Source of the DNA: Prochlorococcus sp. AG-670-O17
Lineage (GTDB): Bacteria; Cyanobacteriota; Cyanobacteriia; PCC-6307; Cyanobiaceae
Length of the DNA: 64,000 nucleotides
Reading direction: 5' to 3'
NCBI GenBank assembly: GCA_003211315.1
Contig: QCTC01000001.1
Span: 43,739 to 107,738 of the forward strand
Part shown: piece after piece, positions 11,432-22,527 of the stretch
Layout of the letters: each line of letters begins with the position of its first letter
Position numbering within the stretch: the stretch's first letter is position 1
Notes under the pieces: generated by a model
What the model was told of the DNA's origin: nothing
The model's input: the letters and a program-made list of their open reading frames with translations, nothing else
Databases searched by the model: none
Position numbers and translations under genes: made by a program

Positions 11432-12058
11432 ATGACAGAACTAAATCAGAAAAATTCAGAAAAAAATATAAAATGGCACAACTTAACTATTGATAGAAAT
11501 AAGTTAGAAAAAATGAGAGGACATAAAGGAATGGTGATTTGGTTTACAGGTTTATCAGGGTCTGGGAAAAGTACCTTAGCCAATGCTGTAAATGAGGTTT
11601 TACATTTGGATGGGTTATCAACTTATGTACTAGACGGAGATAATATAAGACATGGTTTATGCAAGGATCTTGGATTTTCTGATGAAGATAGAGAAGAAAA
11701 CATAAGAAGAATCGGTGAAGTAGCTAATCTATTTATGAATGCAGGAATCATAACAATTACAGCATTCGTCTCCCCTTTCAATAACGATAGAAATAAGGTT
11801 AGAAAAATTATTGGATCAAAGGATTTTATTGAAGTATATTGCTCTGCAGACATTGATGTATGTGAGAGTAGAGATACTAAGGGTTTATATAAAAAGGCAC
11901 GTTTGGGAGAAATTAAAGAATTTACCGGAATATCTAGTCCATATGAGGCTCCTGTAAATCCAGAAATAGCAGTTGATACAGGTTCCTTAAATTTAAATGA
12001 GTCTGTTGAAGAAGTTATTAATTATCTTAGAGAACAGAATTTAATTGAAAGGATTTAA
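11432..12058 (+). CDS. cysC: Adenylyl-sulfate kinase
   Basis: WFTGLSGSGKST, LDGDNIRHGL, FTGISSPYEAP. Confidence 0.97.
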   Translation: MTELNQKNSEKNIKWHNLTIDRNKLEKMRGHKGMVIWFTGLSGSGKSTLANAVNEVLHLDGLSTYVLDGDNIRHGLCKDLGFSDEDREENIRRIGEVANLFMNAGIITITAFVSPFNNDRNKVRKIIGSKDFIEVYCSADIDVCESRDTKGLYKKARLGEIKEFTGISSPYEAPVNPEIAVDTGSLNLNESVEEVINYLREQNLIERI

Positions 12059-12072
12059 TTATAAAAATATCT

Positions 12073-12609
12073 TTAGTCATTTTTCAGGTAATTATCAGCC
12101 CCTAGATCAGACAATTTTCTATTTTTAGATCTTACTTGTGTATTGAGATTATCTCTAAATTTTTTCATTTTTACTCTTAAAGTTTCATCAAATAAACTGA
12201 GGATTTGAATTGCTAATAAACCAGCATTTTTTGCACCGTTTATGGCCACTGTTGCTACAGGAATCCCCGCAGGCATTTGCACTATTGATAATAAGGAGTC
12301 AATTCCTCGCAAAGTTTTACTCTCTACAGGCACACCTATGATAGGAATGCATGTTAGCGAAGCTATCATTCCAGGCAGATGAGCAGCTCCACCGGCTCCT
12401 GCGATAATAACTTTTATGTTTTCTGATTCTGCTTTTTTTGCATATTCCATCATTTCCATTGGTGTTCGATGTGCAGAAAGTATACAAACCTCATTTTCTA
12501 TTTCAAATTCATTCAAGATATCTATTGCAGGTTTCAAAGTTTTTAGATCTGAATCACTTCCCATTACTACAGCAATTTTATAAATATTGCTGGAATTAAA
12601 TTCTGACAA
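12073..12609 (-). CDS. purE: N5-CAIR mutase
   Basis: [38 protein letters not shown]. Confidence 0.98.
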   Translation of the reverse strand: MSEFNSSNIYKIAVVMGSDSDLKTLKPAIDILNEFEIENEVCILSAHRTPMEMMEYAKKAESENIKVIIAGAGGAAHLPGMIASLTCIPIIGVPVESKTLRGIDSLLSIVQMPAGIPVATVAINGAKNAGLLAIQILSLFDETLRVKMKKFRDNLNTQVRSKNRKLSDLGADNYLKND

Positions 12610-12700
12610 AATAACAAATCAATTCTTTTCTTATAATGACGTGCAATTACTTGAACGCTAGTTAGTTAGTATTAAAAAGACTAATTTTGTATGAATTGTT

Positions 12701-13402
12701 ATGACGTCTAATAAAAATCTCGAAAAAAGCCAAGTTAGGGAGTATTTCAATGGGACCGGTTTTGATCGATGGAGAAAAATTTATAGTAAATCAGAAGAAA
12801 TCAATACAGTGCAGAAAAATATTAGAAAAGGTCATCAAAAGACTGTCGATGATGTCGTTTCATACGTAAAAAATTATCCTGAATTAACAACTAAGACTTT
12901 TTGTGATGCTGGTTGTGGTGTGGGAAGTTTAGCTATTCCTTTACTAAGACTTGGTATTAAAGATTTGCAGGTTAGTGACATATCTTCTGAAATGATTAAA
13001 GAAACAAAAAAACGTATCAATGAATTAGGTTTAAGTCAAAGAAAAATTAAATTTTTAACTAGTGATCTTGAACAGTTAAAAGGGTTATTTGATGTTGTCA
13101 TTTGTTTAGATGTATTTATTCATTACCCGCAACCAGTCGCTGAAGAAATGGTCAGACATTTATGTGACTTGAGTAAAGAGAAGCTAATAGTTAGTTTTGC
13201 CCCTTATACACCAATATTGGCAGTGTTAAAGAATATTGGAAAGTTGTTTCCTGGGCCAAGTAAAACTACTAGAGCCTATACATTAAGAGAAAAAGGGATT
13301 ATTAATGCTGCTAATGAAAAAGGTTTTATTGTAGTTCAAAAAAAATTAAATCAAGCTCCATTTTATTTTTCCAAATTAATTGAATTTAAGAAAGTAAAAT
13401 AA
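12701..13402 (+). CDS. chlM: Magnesium-protoporphyrin IX methyltransferase
   Basis: YFNGTGFDRWRKIY, CDAGCGVG, CLDVFIHYP, FPGPSKTTRAY. Confidence 0.96.
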   Translation: MTSNKNLEKSQVREYFNGTGFDRWRKIYSKSEEINTVQKNIRKGHQKTVDDVVSYVKNYPELTTKTFCDAGCGVGSLAIPLLRLGIKDLQVSDISSEMIKETKKRINELGLSQRKIKFLTSDLEQLKGLFDVVICLDVFIHYPQPVAEEMVRHLCDLSKEKLIVSFAPYTPILAVLKNIGKLFPGPSKTTRAYTLREKGIINAANEKGFIVVQKKLNQAPFYFSKLIEFKKVK

Positions 13403-13403
13403 A

Positions 13404-14132
13404 TTATTTTACTAGGTGATTTTCAAGTGCATAACGGACTAATTCGGTTCTGCTAGATGTACTTGTTTTAATAAAAAGCCTGCTTACATATTTTTCAACA
13501 TTTCTAATAGAGGTTTCAAGTTTTCTGGCAATTTCTTTATTCATAAGGCCTTCTGCCACAAGTTGAAGTACGCTTGCTTCTCTTGGCGTAAAACTTGGAA
13601 TATCTATAGAGTTTTCTTGATTAAGTGGATTCTGATCTGTAAGCATAGATTTTATTTCAGTGATCTGTTTTGCCATTTTACTAACATCAATATCAGCAAA
13701 TCTGGCTGCTTCTTTGAGTAATCGCTCTTGCCTATTAATTACATTTTTAACTCTTGCAGATAATTCATCTGGATCAAAGGGTTTAGCAATATAATCATCA
13801 ATACCTGCAAGATATCCTTGGGTTCTGTCTAAAGTCATTCCCTTTGCTGTCAGAAAAATAACTGGAGTTCCTCCTAGCTTTTCATCTCCTCTTATTTTTT
13901 CTAATAAAGCATAACCATTTGATCTCGGCATCATAATATCGCTAATAATTAGATCTGGGAATATTGTTTGAGCTTTTTCCCATCCATCCTCTCCGTCAAC
14001 AGCAATAAAAATTTCAAATCCTTCGTCTTCGAGAAATGTTTTTACAGCTGTTCTTAAACCAGGCTCATCATCTACCAATAAAATTTTTGATTTTCTAATT
14101 GCTTCATTATTTATTTGATTAGTGTTATTCAT
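13404..14132 (-). CDS. ycf29: NarL/LuxR-family response regulator Rre1 (Ycf29)
   Basis: Receiver LLVDDE...SDIMMP...FLTAK...KPF plus LuxR HTH (GLMNKEIA..SIRNVEKYVSRL); no cognate kinase adjacent. Confidence 0.85.
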   Translation of the reverse strand: MNNTNQINNEAIRKSKILLVDDEPGLRTAVKTFLEDEGFEIFIAVDGEDGWEKAQTIFPDLIISDIMMPRSNGYALLEKIRGDEKLGGTPVIFLTAKGMTLDRTQGYLAGIDDYIAKPFDPDELSARVKNVINRQERLLKEAARFADIDVSKMAKQITEIKSMLTDQNPLNQENSIDIPSFTPREASVLQLVAEGLMNKEIARKLETSIRNVEKYVSRLFIKTSTSSRTELVRYALENHLVK

Positions 14133-14188
14133 TTTTTTAATTTTGAATTAAATTTTCTTTAGCTTAAAAATAATTTTATATACTAAAT

Positions 14189-15337
14189 ATGATGCTTTCA
14201 ACTCCCATACTACTAGATTATCAATCTTCAACTCCTTGTTTAGAGGAGGTTGTGAATTCTATGGCACCTTTTTGGAGTGAAATATTTTCTAACCCCTCGA
14301 GTAAATCAAATTTAGCAGGCATTAAAGCAAGTGCCATATTAGAAGTCTCAAGAGAAAAAATACAAGAATATTTATTTCTAAAAAAAAAGAAAGTAATTTT
14401 TACTAGTGGAGCAACAGAATCTAACAATTTAGCTTTGCTAGGTTTTGCAAGGAAATATTATAAAGAAACAGAACACTATGGTCATATTATTACTCTAAAA
14501 ACTGAGCATAAAGCTGTATTAGAGCCTCTAGATCAATTAAGGAAAGAGGGATTTCATATTACTGAAATTAGTCCAGAAAAAGATGGTTTAGTTTCAGAAG
14601 AAAAATTTGTTAGCTGTATAAGAGATGATACATTTTTGGTAAGCATCATGATGGCAAATAACGAAATAGGAGTTATTCAGCCTTTGAAGGAAATTTCAGA
14701 AATATGTGGTTCAAGGGATATAGTTCTCCATTCTGATTATGCACAATGTTTAGGTTTTCTGGAGTTTGATAGTCTTGACTCATTAGCAAATATGTTAACA
14801 ATAAGCTCCCATAAAATATATGGTCCTAAAGGGATAGGAATACTTTTGATTGATAGAGATATTGAGCTGCAGCCTTTAGTTTTAGGAGGAGGTCAAGAAT
14901 TTGGTTTAAGATCAGGAACATTGCCATTACCTTTGATAGTAGGTTTTACTAAAGCAATAGAGATAGCAGTTCTAAATCAAAAAAAGAATATCAATAAGTT
15001 GCTTTTATATAGAGATAAACTTTTGAAGGGATTATTAGGTAATAATTCTGGAGTTGAAATAAATGGGTCAATGAAGGAAAGATTACCTCATAATTTGAAT
15101 CTGACAGTACTTGATGTAAACGGTTCAAAATTGCATAAAAGTTTGAAATCTAAAATAATCTGTTCTAGTGGGTCAGCGTGTAGTAATGGTGAGCCTTCGC
15201 ATGTATTACTGGCTCTAGGAAGATCTTTTAAAGAAGCAGAGGCTTCATTAAGATTAAGTATTGGTTTGATGACTACTAAAGAAGATATAGAAAAATCAAT
15301 TGAAATAATTACAGATTCTATTAAATTATTACGCTGA
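14189..15337 (+). CDS. iscS: Cysteine desulfurase (IscS/NifS group I)
   Basis: FTSGATESNN, ANNEIG, SSHKIYGPKG (PLP Lys), SSGSACS (catalytic Cys). Confidence 0.85.
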   Translation: MMLSTPILLDYQSSTPCLEEVVNSMAPFWSEIFSNPSSKSNLAGIKASAILEVSREKIQEYLFLKKKKVIFTSGATESNNLALLGFARKYYKETEHYGHIITLKTEHKAVLEPLDQLRKEGFHITEISPEKDGLVSEEKFVSCIRDDTFLVSIMMANNEIGVIQPLKEISEICGSRDIVLHSDYAQCLGFLEFDSLDSLANMLTISSHKIYGPKGIGILLIDRDIELQPLVLGGGQEFGLRSGTLPLPLIVGFTKAIEIAVLNQKKNINKLLLYRDKLLKGLLGNNSGVEINGSMKERLPHNLNLTVLDVNGSKLHKSLKSKIICSSGSACSNGEPSHVLLALGRSFKEAEASLRLSIGLMTTKEDIEKSIEIITDSIKLLR

Positions 15338-15345
15338 GATTTTAA

Positions 15346-16248
15346 TTATTTTAATTGAGCAATTCTTAATTTTGCGCTTCGCGATCTTTTATTATTTTCA
15401 ATTTCTTTTTCATTTGGTGTAATTGGTTTTTTTGTAAGATTTTTTAATCTTTCATCACCCTTAAAAGAATTTTTCACCAGCCTATCTTCTATTGAATGAA
15501 AGCTAATAATTGAAATTATCCCCCCAGGTAATAGCCAATCTGGAGAAATCTCTAAAAATCTTTCTAGTGCTTCGATTTCTTTATTTACAGCAATTCTTAG
15601 TGCCTGGAATGTTCTAGTCGCAGGATGAATTTTTCGATATCTTTGTTTGGGTGGGAAACAACCAGCAATGGAATAAGCTAAATCTTTTGTACCCGAATAT
15701 TTGCCTTTTTCTTGTAAATCTTTTTTGATTCTCCTAGAAATCTTTCGTGATAATCTTTCATCACCAAATTTAAAAATTAAATCAGCCAGATCTTTTTCAC
15801 TTAAAGTCTCAATTAAGTTCTCTGCATTAATCTCAAGTAACGGATTCATTCTCATATCTAAAGGCCCATCTTTTTGAAAACTAAATCCTCTTTGTGGGTT
15901 ATCTATTTGATTACTATTGACTCCAAGATCTGCTATTACAAAAGAAACTTTTTCTTGTGGCTCAAAGTTAGCAAAATTTGAGGGATGTATTTCAATCCTC
16001 GATTTAAATTCTTCAAGCTTAATAAATGCTGACTTCCTCGCGAATGGATCGTGATCTAGTCCAATTATTGTTAAATCAGGATATTTTTTTAATAAATGAT
16101 ATGAGTGTCCACCACCGCCTAAAGTTGCATCTATCGCTGTTAGTTTATTGTCTGATATTAATGGATATTGATCTACAGAAACTAAAATTTCATTTGTCAT
16201 TACAGACTTATGATTGAATAAAGATGAATCAGAAAGGTCAGTTTGCAT
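15346..16248 (-). CDS. rsmH: 16S rRNA m4C1402 methyltransferase
   Basis: IDATLGGGGHS, RGFSF..DGPLDMRM, TRTFQALRIAVN, SFHSIEDR. Confidence 0.97.
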   Translation of the reverse strand: MQTDLSDSSLFNHKSVMTNEILVSVDQYPLISDNKLTAIDATLGGGGHSYHLLKKYPDLTIIGLDHDPFARKSAFIKLEEFKSRIEIHPSNFANFEPQEKVSFVIADLGVNSNQIDNPQRGFSFQKDGPLDMRMNPLLEINAENLIETLSEKDLADLIFKFGDERLSRKISRRIKKDLQEKGKYSGTKDLAYSIAGCFPPKQRYRKIHPATRTFQALRIAVNKEIEALERFLEISPDWLLPGGIISIISFHSIEDRLVKNSFKGDERLKNLTKKPITPNEKEIENNKRSRSAKLRIAQLK

Positions 16249-16286
16249 AACTTTCTACTAAGATTTAATTAGAGGTTAAATTATTA

Positions 16287-17474
16287 ATGGCTCAACTAGA
16301 GACTAGAACAGAACCGATGGTGGTCAACTTTGGCCCTCATCACCCATCTATGCATGGAGTTTTGAGGTTAGTTGTAACCCTTGATGGCGAGAATGTAATA
16401 GATTGTGAGCCTGTAATTGGATATTTGCATAGAGGGATGGAAAAGATAGCTGAAAACAGGACAAACGTCATGTATGTACCTTATGTAAGCAGAATGGATT
16501 ATGCAGCCGGAATGTTTTATGAAGCTATTGTAGTAAATGCACCAGAAAGATTGGCGAATATTGTTGTACCCAAAAGGGCCAGTTATATAAGAGTTCTAAT
16601 GTTGGAGCTTAATAGAATTGCAAATCATCTTTTATGGCTAGGTCCATTTCTAGCAGATGTAGGAGCTCAGACCCCATTCTTTTATATCTTTAGAGAAAGA
16701 GAAATGATTTATGACCTTTGGGAAGCTGCTACTGGACAAAGATTGATTAATAATAATTTTTTTAGAATAGGAGGTGTGGCTTGTGATTTGCCTTATGGAT
16801 GGTTAGAAAAATGCATAGATTTTTGTGATTGGTTTGCTCCAAAGATCGATGAATATGAAAAATTAATAACAAATAATCCTATATTCAAAAAAAGAATTGA
16901 AGGTCTTGGAACTATAGAAAGAGATCAAGCAATTAATTGGTCACTTTCTGGACCAATGCTAAGGGCCTCTGGAGTTTCTTGGGATTTGAGAAAAGTTGAT
17001 AGTTATGAATGTTATGACGATTTTGAATGGGAAATTGCTTCAGAAAAAGAAGGTGATTGTTATGCCAGATATCGAGTAAGAGTTCAAGAAATGAGACAAT
17101 CTTTAAAAATTATTCGTCAAGCTTGCGAAATGATTCCTGGAGGTCCAACAGAAAATTTAGAAGCTAAACGTATGGCTACAGAGGATAAAAAAAGTGAAAT
17201 ATTTGGTATGGATTTTCAATATGTAGCTAAGAAAGTTGCACCAACTTTTAAAATCCCTAATGGAGAATTATATACAAGATTAGAATCTGGTAAAGGTGAA
17301 ATAGGAGTTTTCATTCAAGGAAATAATGAAGTTACACCATGGAGATTTAAAATTAGAGCTGCTGATTTAAACAATCTTCAAATATTGCCTCATATTCTTA
17401 AAGGAGCAAAGATAGCTGATATTATGGCAATCCTTGGCTCAATAGATGTCATTATGGGTTCTGTAGATAGGTAA
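16287..17474 (+). CDS. ndhH: NDH-1 subunit H (NuoD)
   Basis: [25 protein letters not shown]-terminal DVIMGSVDR. Confidence 0.98.
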   Translation: MAQLETRTEPMVVNFGPHHPSMHGVLRLVVTLDGENVIDCEPVIGYLHRGMEKIAENRTNVMYVPYVSRMDYAAGMFYEAIVVNAPERLANIVVPKRASYIRVLMLELNRIANHLLWLGPFLADVGAQTPFFYIFREREMIYDLWEAATGQRLINNNFFRIGGVACDLPYGWLEKCIDFCDWFAPKIDEYEKLITNNPIFKKRIEGLGTIERDQAINWSLSGPMLRASGVSWDLRKVDSYECYDDFEWEIASEKEGDCYARYRVRVQEMRQSLKIIRQACEMIPGGPTENLEAKRMATEDKKSEIFGMDFQYVAKKVAPTFKIPNGELYTRLESGKGEIGVFIQGNNEVTPWRFKIRAADLNNLQILPHILKGAKIADIMAILGSIDVIMGSVDR

Positions 17475-17482
17475 ACCTTTTA

Positions 17483-17935
17483 ATGAAACCTAATAATTGG
17501 TTGATTTTAAAAAGGAAAGTGAGGTTTGGTGATTGTGATTCGGCTGGAGTGATACACTTTCACAATCTTTTAAAATGGGCTCATGAAAGTTGGGAAGAAA
17601 GTCTAGATGTATATGGTATTCCTCATCAAGATATTTTTCCGGATTCTAATTCCCATAAGAATCAAATTATATGTCCAATAGTTAATTGCGAAGCCAATTT
17701 TTTATCACCTATTAAGATTGGTGATTTACTTTCAATTAAGATATTACCCAAAAAAATTAACAATCACTTATTTCAAGTAAATACATTTTTTTTAAAGGAT
17801 AAAATAACTGTTGCAGAAGGAAAAATTATTCATTGTTCCTTAGATGTTAATTCAAAATTGAAAGTTAAATTACCTGATCAACTGGAGAGGTGGATAGAGG
17901 CTTCCAATATCAATATTAAGTTAAAAGAGTGTTAA
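17483..17935 (+). CDS. 1,4-dihydroxy-2-naphthoyl-CoA thioesterase (hotdog fold)
   Basis: [14 protein letters not shown] 4HBT motif; adjacent to the men cluster. Confidence 0.8.
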   Translation: MKPNNWLILKRKVRFGDCDSAGVIHFHNLLKWAHESWEESLDVYGIPHQDIFPDSNSHKNQIICPIVNCEANFLSPIKIGDLLSIKILPKKINNHLFQVNTFFLKDKITVAEGKIIHCSLDVNSKLKVKLPDQLERWIEASNINIKLKEC

Positions 17936-17976
17936 TTATCATGATTTACTATTTTTCAAATATGAAATTAGATTTT

Positions 17977-19152
17977 TTAATAATTTGATTGATTTTTACC
18001 AATAATCCAGTTTTCAGGCCTCTCATGTTTTGGCCAATTTCTAGAAAAGTTTTTTAATAGTTTTAATGAGTATTCAATATTTGTTTTACTAGTTTGTTTT
18101 TTGAAATCAATGATGATTTCAATTTTATTTCCCCATTCTTTATTAGGTATATTTGAAATCATAAAATTTTCTATTGGAATTTTTTCATTTGAGATAAATT
18201 CACTTAATCGTGATTTAATTACTTCTGGAAAAACTATTTCACCTCCAGAATTAAAAGCATTATCTATTCTGCTAATAAATTTCAAATAAAAAGAATCATT
18301 GAATTCTTGGATCTCTCCCAAATCACTGCTTTCCCACCAACCATTTTTATTTTTAAAATTTTTAGTTTTAGAAAGTTCAAGCAATTCAATTCCTATTCTT
18401 TCTGATTTGACTTGGATTAAACCCTTTTTACTTATTCTTAAATTTATATCACTTAGTATTTCTCCAACATTATCAATCCCTTCTAAAAATTCCTTAGGTT
18501 TTAAGCTTGTAACCATGGCAGCAGTTTCAGTTGATCCATAACAGGGCGCTAAATTTATCTTTTCTAATCTGCACTTTCGAGAAGTTTCACTAGATATAGA
18601 TGCACCACCAATCCAAATTAAATCAAAAATCTTTAACCAATTAATCCCATCTTTTTCAGATAAAAGTCTTTTTAATTGTGTTGGAACTAATGATGTTATA
18701 AGATGTTGATTTTCTTTTTTTATTTCATTAGTAAAGACTAATAATTCTTTGGTTTTTTTAATTAATGTAGGAGAAATATTGATATGCTCACAACTCCATA
18801 TTTTGCTTCTAAATAGTGGCATTAATCCACTGATATGATTCAAAGGTAAAGTATTAAAAATTAAACAGTTTTGTAATTTAAATCCTTGCTTTTCAAGCCA
18901 AATTCCAGATGCCTTAGCAGACGAATTTATATTTTCTAAACTATGTATACATTTTCTAGGCTTTCCACTACTGCCACTACTATTTAAGATAATTGCAGGT
19001 CCTTTTATGTCAATAGTCTCTAATTTTTCTTCAGTTTTATAATATTTATTTTTTATATAGGTTATTTTTTTATTGTTGATATTTTCAAAAATTTTTTTTA
19101 TAGATTCTTTTTCATTATTTTCAACTTCAATAACATGAATTTTGTTTTTCAT
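17977..19152 (-). CDS. menE: O-succinylbenzoate-CoA ligase
   Basis: SSGSSGKPR, PLNHISG, YGSTET, SDLG, SGGE adenylation motifs; ATG 19152 gives an ATGA overlap with the menC stop. Confidence 0.85.
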   Translation of the reverse strand: MKNKIHVIEVENNEKESIKKIFENINNKKITYIKNKYYKTEEKLETIDIKGPAIILNSSGSSGKPRKCIHSLENINSSAKASGIWLEKQGFKLQNCLIFNTLPLNHISGLMPLFRSKIWSCEHINISPTLIKKTKELLVFTNEIKKENQHLITSLVPTQLKRLLSEKDGINWLKIFDLIWIGGASISSETSRKCRLEKINLAPCYGSTETAAMVTSLKPKEFLEGIDNVGEILSDINLRISKKGLIQVKSERIGIELLELSKTKNFKNKNGWWESSDLGEIQEFNDSFYLKFISRIDNAFNSGGEIVFPEVIKSRLSEFISNEKIPIENFMISNIPNKEWGNKIEIIIDFKKQTSKTNIEYSLKLLKNFSRNWPKHERPENWIIGKNQSNY

Positions 19153-20114
19153 AGTTGATCCCATATCTTTTGAGCATCATTTAGGAAAAGAAAAGAATTA
19201 GGATTTTTTTTTAAAGCCAAACCAGGAACTTTTGGAGTTAATCCTAATAGCTGTAGAGATGATAAATGAAAAAGCCATCTTCTACCTATTCCTGTCTCGA
19301 AAGAAGTGCTTAAGGATATAAAACCTTTTTTATCTTTTAACTCTTTTAAAAGATGCATAGGATTTCTTTCTTGAGAAGGTCTTCGAATTTGCCAACCATC
19401 CCATTCATTAATCAAATATGGATATTTTAATATTGATTCATCCAAAGCAATCGGCATCCTTTTATTAAGTTCTCTTAAACCCTCTATATCATCTTTAGAA
19501 AGAGGTTGTTCTAGCCAATCTATATTTTCAACATCTTTCAAAATATCAACCCATCTACTAGCTATTTCTCTCTTCCAAGAACCATTTGCATCTATTCTTA
19601 ATTTAATATTACTTTTTAAATGATTTAGTATATCTATTAGAGTTTTTTCTTCGAAGGAATTATCTTGTATGCCTACTTTCCATTTAATAGTGAGTGATTT
19701 CCCATTCAAAAGTTTATTACCCTTTAATTTTTTTAATTCTTTAAGAGGGTTATAAGGATCTAAGAGTATAGATGTTTGATCAATTTCATTAAAGTAATAA
19801 TTTTCCTTAAAATTTATTTTTCTTTCAATTTCAGCTAATGCAGAGTTTATTGCTGATTGAATGCACGGGTGAAAATTCTTTATTAACTCTGATATATTTT
19901 TTGAATTTACGTATTTGGGAATCTGATTTAATTGTATTTGACATACATCTAAATCTTTTTTTCTTAGAGGATTTACTTCTCCAAAACCCACTCCCTTTTC
20001 AATATTTTTTAATTTAATTATCCACCCAGATTTATATTTATATGTTGTATTTGAATTATCCACTTTAGAAGATAGTTCAAAGAAAAAAGATTTTTTTTTA
20101 AAAGTTAAGTTCAT
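19149..20114 (-). CDS. menC: O-succinylbenzoate synthase
   Basis: GFGEVNPL, IKWKVG, LRIDANG, WLEQP, IALDES enolase-superfamily motifs; lies between menA and menE. Confidence 0.88.
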   Translation of the reverse strand: MNLTFKKKSFFFELSSKVDNSNTTYKYKSGWIIKLKNIEKGVGFGEVNPLRKKDLDVCQIQLNQIPKYVNSKNISELIKNFHPCIQSAINSALAEIERKINFKENYYFNEIDQTSILLDPYNPLKELKKLKGNKLLNGKSLTIKWKVGIQDNSFEEKTLIDILNHLKSNIKLRIDANGSWKREIASRWVDILKDVENIDWLEQPLSKDDIEGLRELNKRMPIALDESILKYPYLINEWDGWQIRRPSQERNPMHLLKELKDKKGFISLSTSFETGIGRRWLFHLSSLQLLGLTPKVPGLALKKNPNSFLFLNDAQKIWDQL

Positions 20115-21028
20115 TTATAAATCAAGTAATCTATGATAAATCCTGCTATTAATCCAATTCCATTTAGCGTTTGAAATTTGATAGCAATGAATTTACAATT
20201 TTTTATTGATTCAGGTTTGTTATATGAATATTTCAACAAATTTATAAGTTTTAAAGATTGTGGAAAACTTATAAGAAAAAGAATACAAAGTATCGGAATA
20301 AATCCATTAATTATTATGAAAAATTGGAAAACATAAATGATAAAAACTATCCAAGGAATAATTTTAGCTCCTTTTTTCGCTCCTAAACGAACTAAAGGTG
20401 AATTTTTACCATGTTCTTTATCTTCTTTGATCTGATGAAAATGAGAGCAAAATAGTACCAGTGTTGTTGCCAATGAGGATCCTGAACCAAGTAATAATGA
20501 CTCTTTCCAAGGAATAGAAATCATGTATATATCTAATGGATTTAATGCTATTAAAGCAGCTGCGTATGCTAAAGGGCCAAAAGCTAACCAACATAATGGT
20601 TCGCCCAAACCTTGGTAGCCCAAACGGAAAGGCGGTCCTTGATATAAATATCCTAAGAAGCAGCAAGCTCCGACTAATAGAATTACATTTATGCTTGTCG
20701 TAATTGAAATAATAGCAACTACTAATAATCCAATCAGTAGAGATGTATAAGCGGTAATTGAAACTATTGTTTTACTTCGAACAAGATTTACAATGGAATG
20801 AAATTTAAATTCATCAATTCCCGTTTCTGAATCAAATAAATCATTAGTTAGATTTTCCCAAATTAGTATTAATATTGCAGCGATTGTAAATGCTATTAAA
20901 TTAGATGTCTTGACATTTTTGAAAGAGTTGAGGGTATAAGCTCCTGAAATAAAAACTGGTAAAATTGCTACTGAATAAAGCGGCCATTTTATTGCTTGTT
21001 TCCATAAACTTTTATTTCTTTCATTCAT
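20111..21028 (-). CDS. menA: DHNA phytyltransferase
   Basis: WKQAIKWPLYSVAILP, NLTNDLFD, YQGPPFRLGYQGLGE; multi-pass membrane protein. Confidence 0.93.
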   Translation of the reverse strand: MNERNKSLWKQAIKWPLYSVAILPVFISGAYTLNSFKNVKTSNLIAFTIAAILILIWENLTNDLFDSETGIDEFKFHSIVNLVRSKTIVSITAYTSLLIGLLVVAIISITTSINVILLVGACCFLGYLYQGPPFRLGYQGLGEPLCWLAFGPLAYAAALIALNPLDIYMISIPWKESLLLGSGSSLATTLVLFCSHFHQIKEDKEHGKNSPLVRLGAKKGAKIIPWIVFIIYVFQFFIIINGFIPILCILFLISFPQSLKLINLLKYSYNKPESIKNCKFIAIKFQTLNGIGLIAGFIIDYLIYK

Positions 21029-21129
21029 TATTAATGCAGTTAAGAAAAACTATAATTATTAAATATAGTTTATAAATTGAGTTACATTTTTTACTTTAAT
21101 GCATGATTTTTAGTTATTTTCAATAAGTG

Positions 21130-22527
21130 ATGAAAAATAATTTAAACTTTTCAGATTTTTTAAAAGGCGTTTTTACCAATTTCGATAAGAAAGGGGTAAA
21201 TTCCGGATTAGTAAGTATTTGTATTGAGATACCTTATGTTGATTTATTTGATGTATATGAATTTTTTATTGATAAATATTCTTTCTCTTCTTTTTGGGAG
21301 GAGGATAATAAAATGTCATATATAGCTCTTGAGAAATGTAAATATCTAACTTTAGAAGGGCCTAAAAAATTTAAAGTAGCGAAAGAATTTAGCTCTGAGA
21401 ACTTTAATAATCTAATAAATTTGACTGATGAATCGAATAGCTCTGCGCTTTCAAAAATAATTTATTTTTTTTCTTTTTCAGAGAATCTAGAAAAAAAATA
21501 TTCTTTGTTTGACGTTCCTGGTTTAGAGGCTATTTTACCTAAAATATTGATTATTAAAAATAAAAAGAATTGTTGGTTAAGAATTAATGCACATGTAGAG
21601 GGTAAATCTTCTTTGAGGACGTTAATTGAAGAACTATGGTCAATAAGGGATCAGATCTTAAATTCAAAAAATCAAAAAAGTAAAAATATTTTTAATTATC
21701 CTTCGATCAATTATTTTTTGAATTCTTTAGAATTATCAAATAATAATCTGAAGCAATTAATAAAAAAGGGAATTAAATTAGTAGAGGAAGGTAGCCTTGA
21801 CAAGATAGTTTTAGCTTCAAGAGTCAAAATAGAATTTAAAAATAAATTAAATCTAATAAATATTTTAAAAAAATTAAAAACTAATCAACCAAATACTTGC
21901 AGATATGTTTGGAGGAGAAATAGTAAAGATATTATATTTGGAGCATCGCCTGAAAAATTATTTTCTTTTAGGAAGCCTAATCTGGTTTTAGAAGCTATTG
22001 CTGGAACAGTATCAAGTGATTTAAATCCGGATTCTCTTATGGAAAGCTCTAAGGATATAAAAGAGCATAATTATGTACTTGAGTATTTAATTAAATCTTT
22101 GGAAGTTTTAAAGATTAATAACTATACAAAAAGTTCTTTAAAGGTAACTTCTTTTGGAGATATTTCTCATTTACATACTTTGGTATATTCCAAGATTAAT
22201 AACATATGCCCTTTTGATTTACTTAGAGTTTTGCATCCATCTCCAGCAGTCTGTGGATTTCCTAAAAAGGAAGCAATTAATTGGATAAATACACTTGAAT
22301 CATTTTCTAGAGGAAATTATGCTTCTCCAATAGGGTGGGTAGATTCTGAAGGGAATTCAGAATTCAGAGTAGCTATAAGAGGAGCACGTTATATTGATCA
22401 AAATCTAGAATTTACCGCTGGTTCAGGGTTAGTAAAAGGTTCTATCTCTAAAAAAGAAATTGAAGAGATTCAACTTAAATTTCAATCTTTAGTGAAGCAA
22501 ATATTTCTTGCCAAAACTACTAAATAA
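21130..22527 (+). CDS. menF: Isochorismate synthase
   Basis: [45 protein letters not shown]; ATG 21130 (in-frame GTG at 21127). Confidence 0.9.
   Translation: MKNNLNFSDFLKGVFTNFDKKGVNSGLVSICIEIPYVDLFDVYEFFIDKYSFSSFWEEDNKMSYIALEKCKYLTLEGPKKFKVAKEFSSENFNNLINLTDESNSSALSKIIYFFSFSENLEKKYSLFDVPGLEAILPKILIIKNKKNCWLRINAHVEGKSSLRTLIEELWSIRDQILNSKNQKSKNIFNYPSINYFLNSLELSNNNLKQLIKKGIKLVEEGSLDKIVLASRVKIEFKNKLNLINILKKLKTNQPNTCRYVWRRNSKDIIFGASPEKLFSFRKPNLVLEAIAGTVSSDLNPDSLMESSKDIKEHNYVLEYLIKSLEVLKINNYTKSSLKVTSFGDISHLHTLVYSKINNICPFDLLRVLHPSPAVCGFPKKEAINWINTLESFSRGNYASPIGWVDSEGNSEFRVAIRGARYIDQNLEFTAGSGLVKGSISKKEIEEIQLKFQSLVKQIFLAKTTK

Noticed and set aside
12659-12671. TAGT x3 tandem upstream of chlM
   Set aside because: Too short; expected by chance in AT-rich DNA
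21081-21098. GTTACATT-TT-TTACTTTA as an RpaB HLR1 site
   Set aside because: Repeat period is 9 rather than 10 and the second half is mismatched
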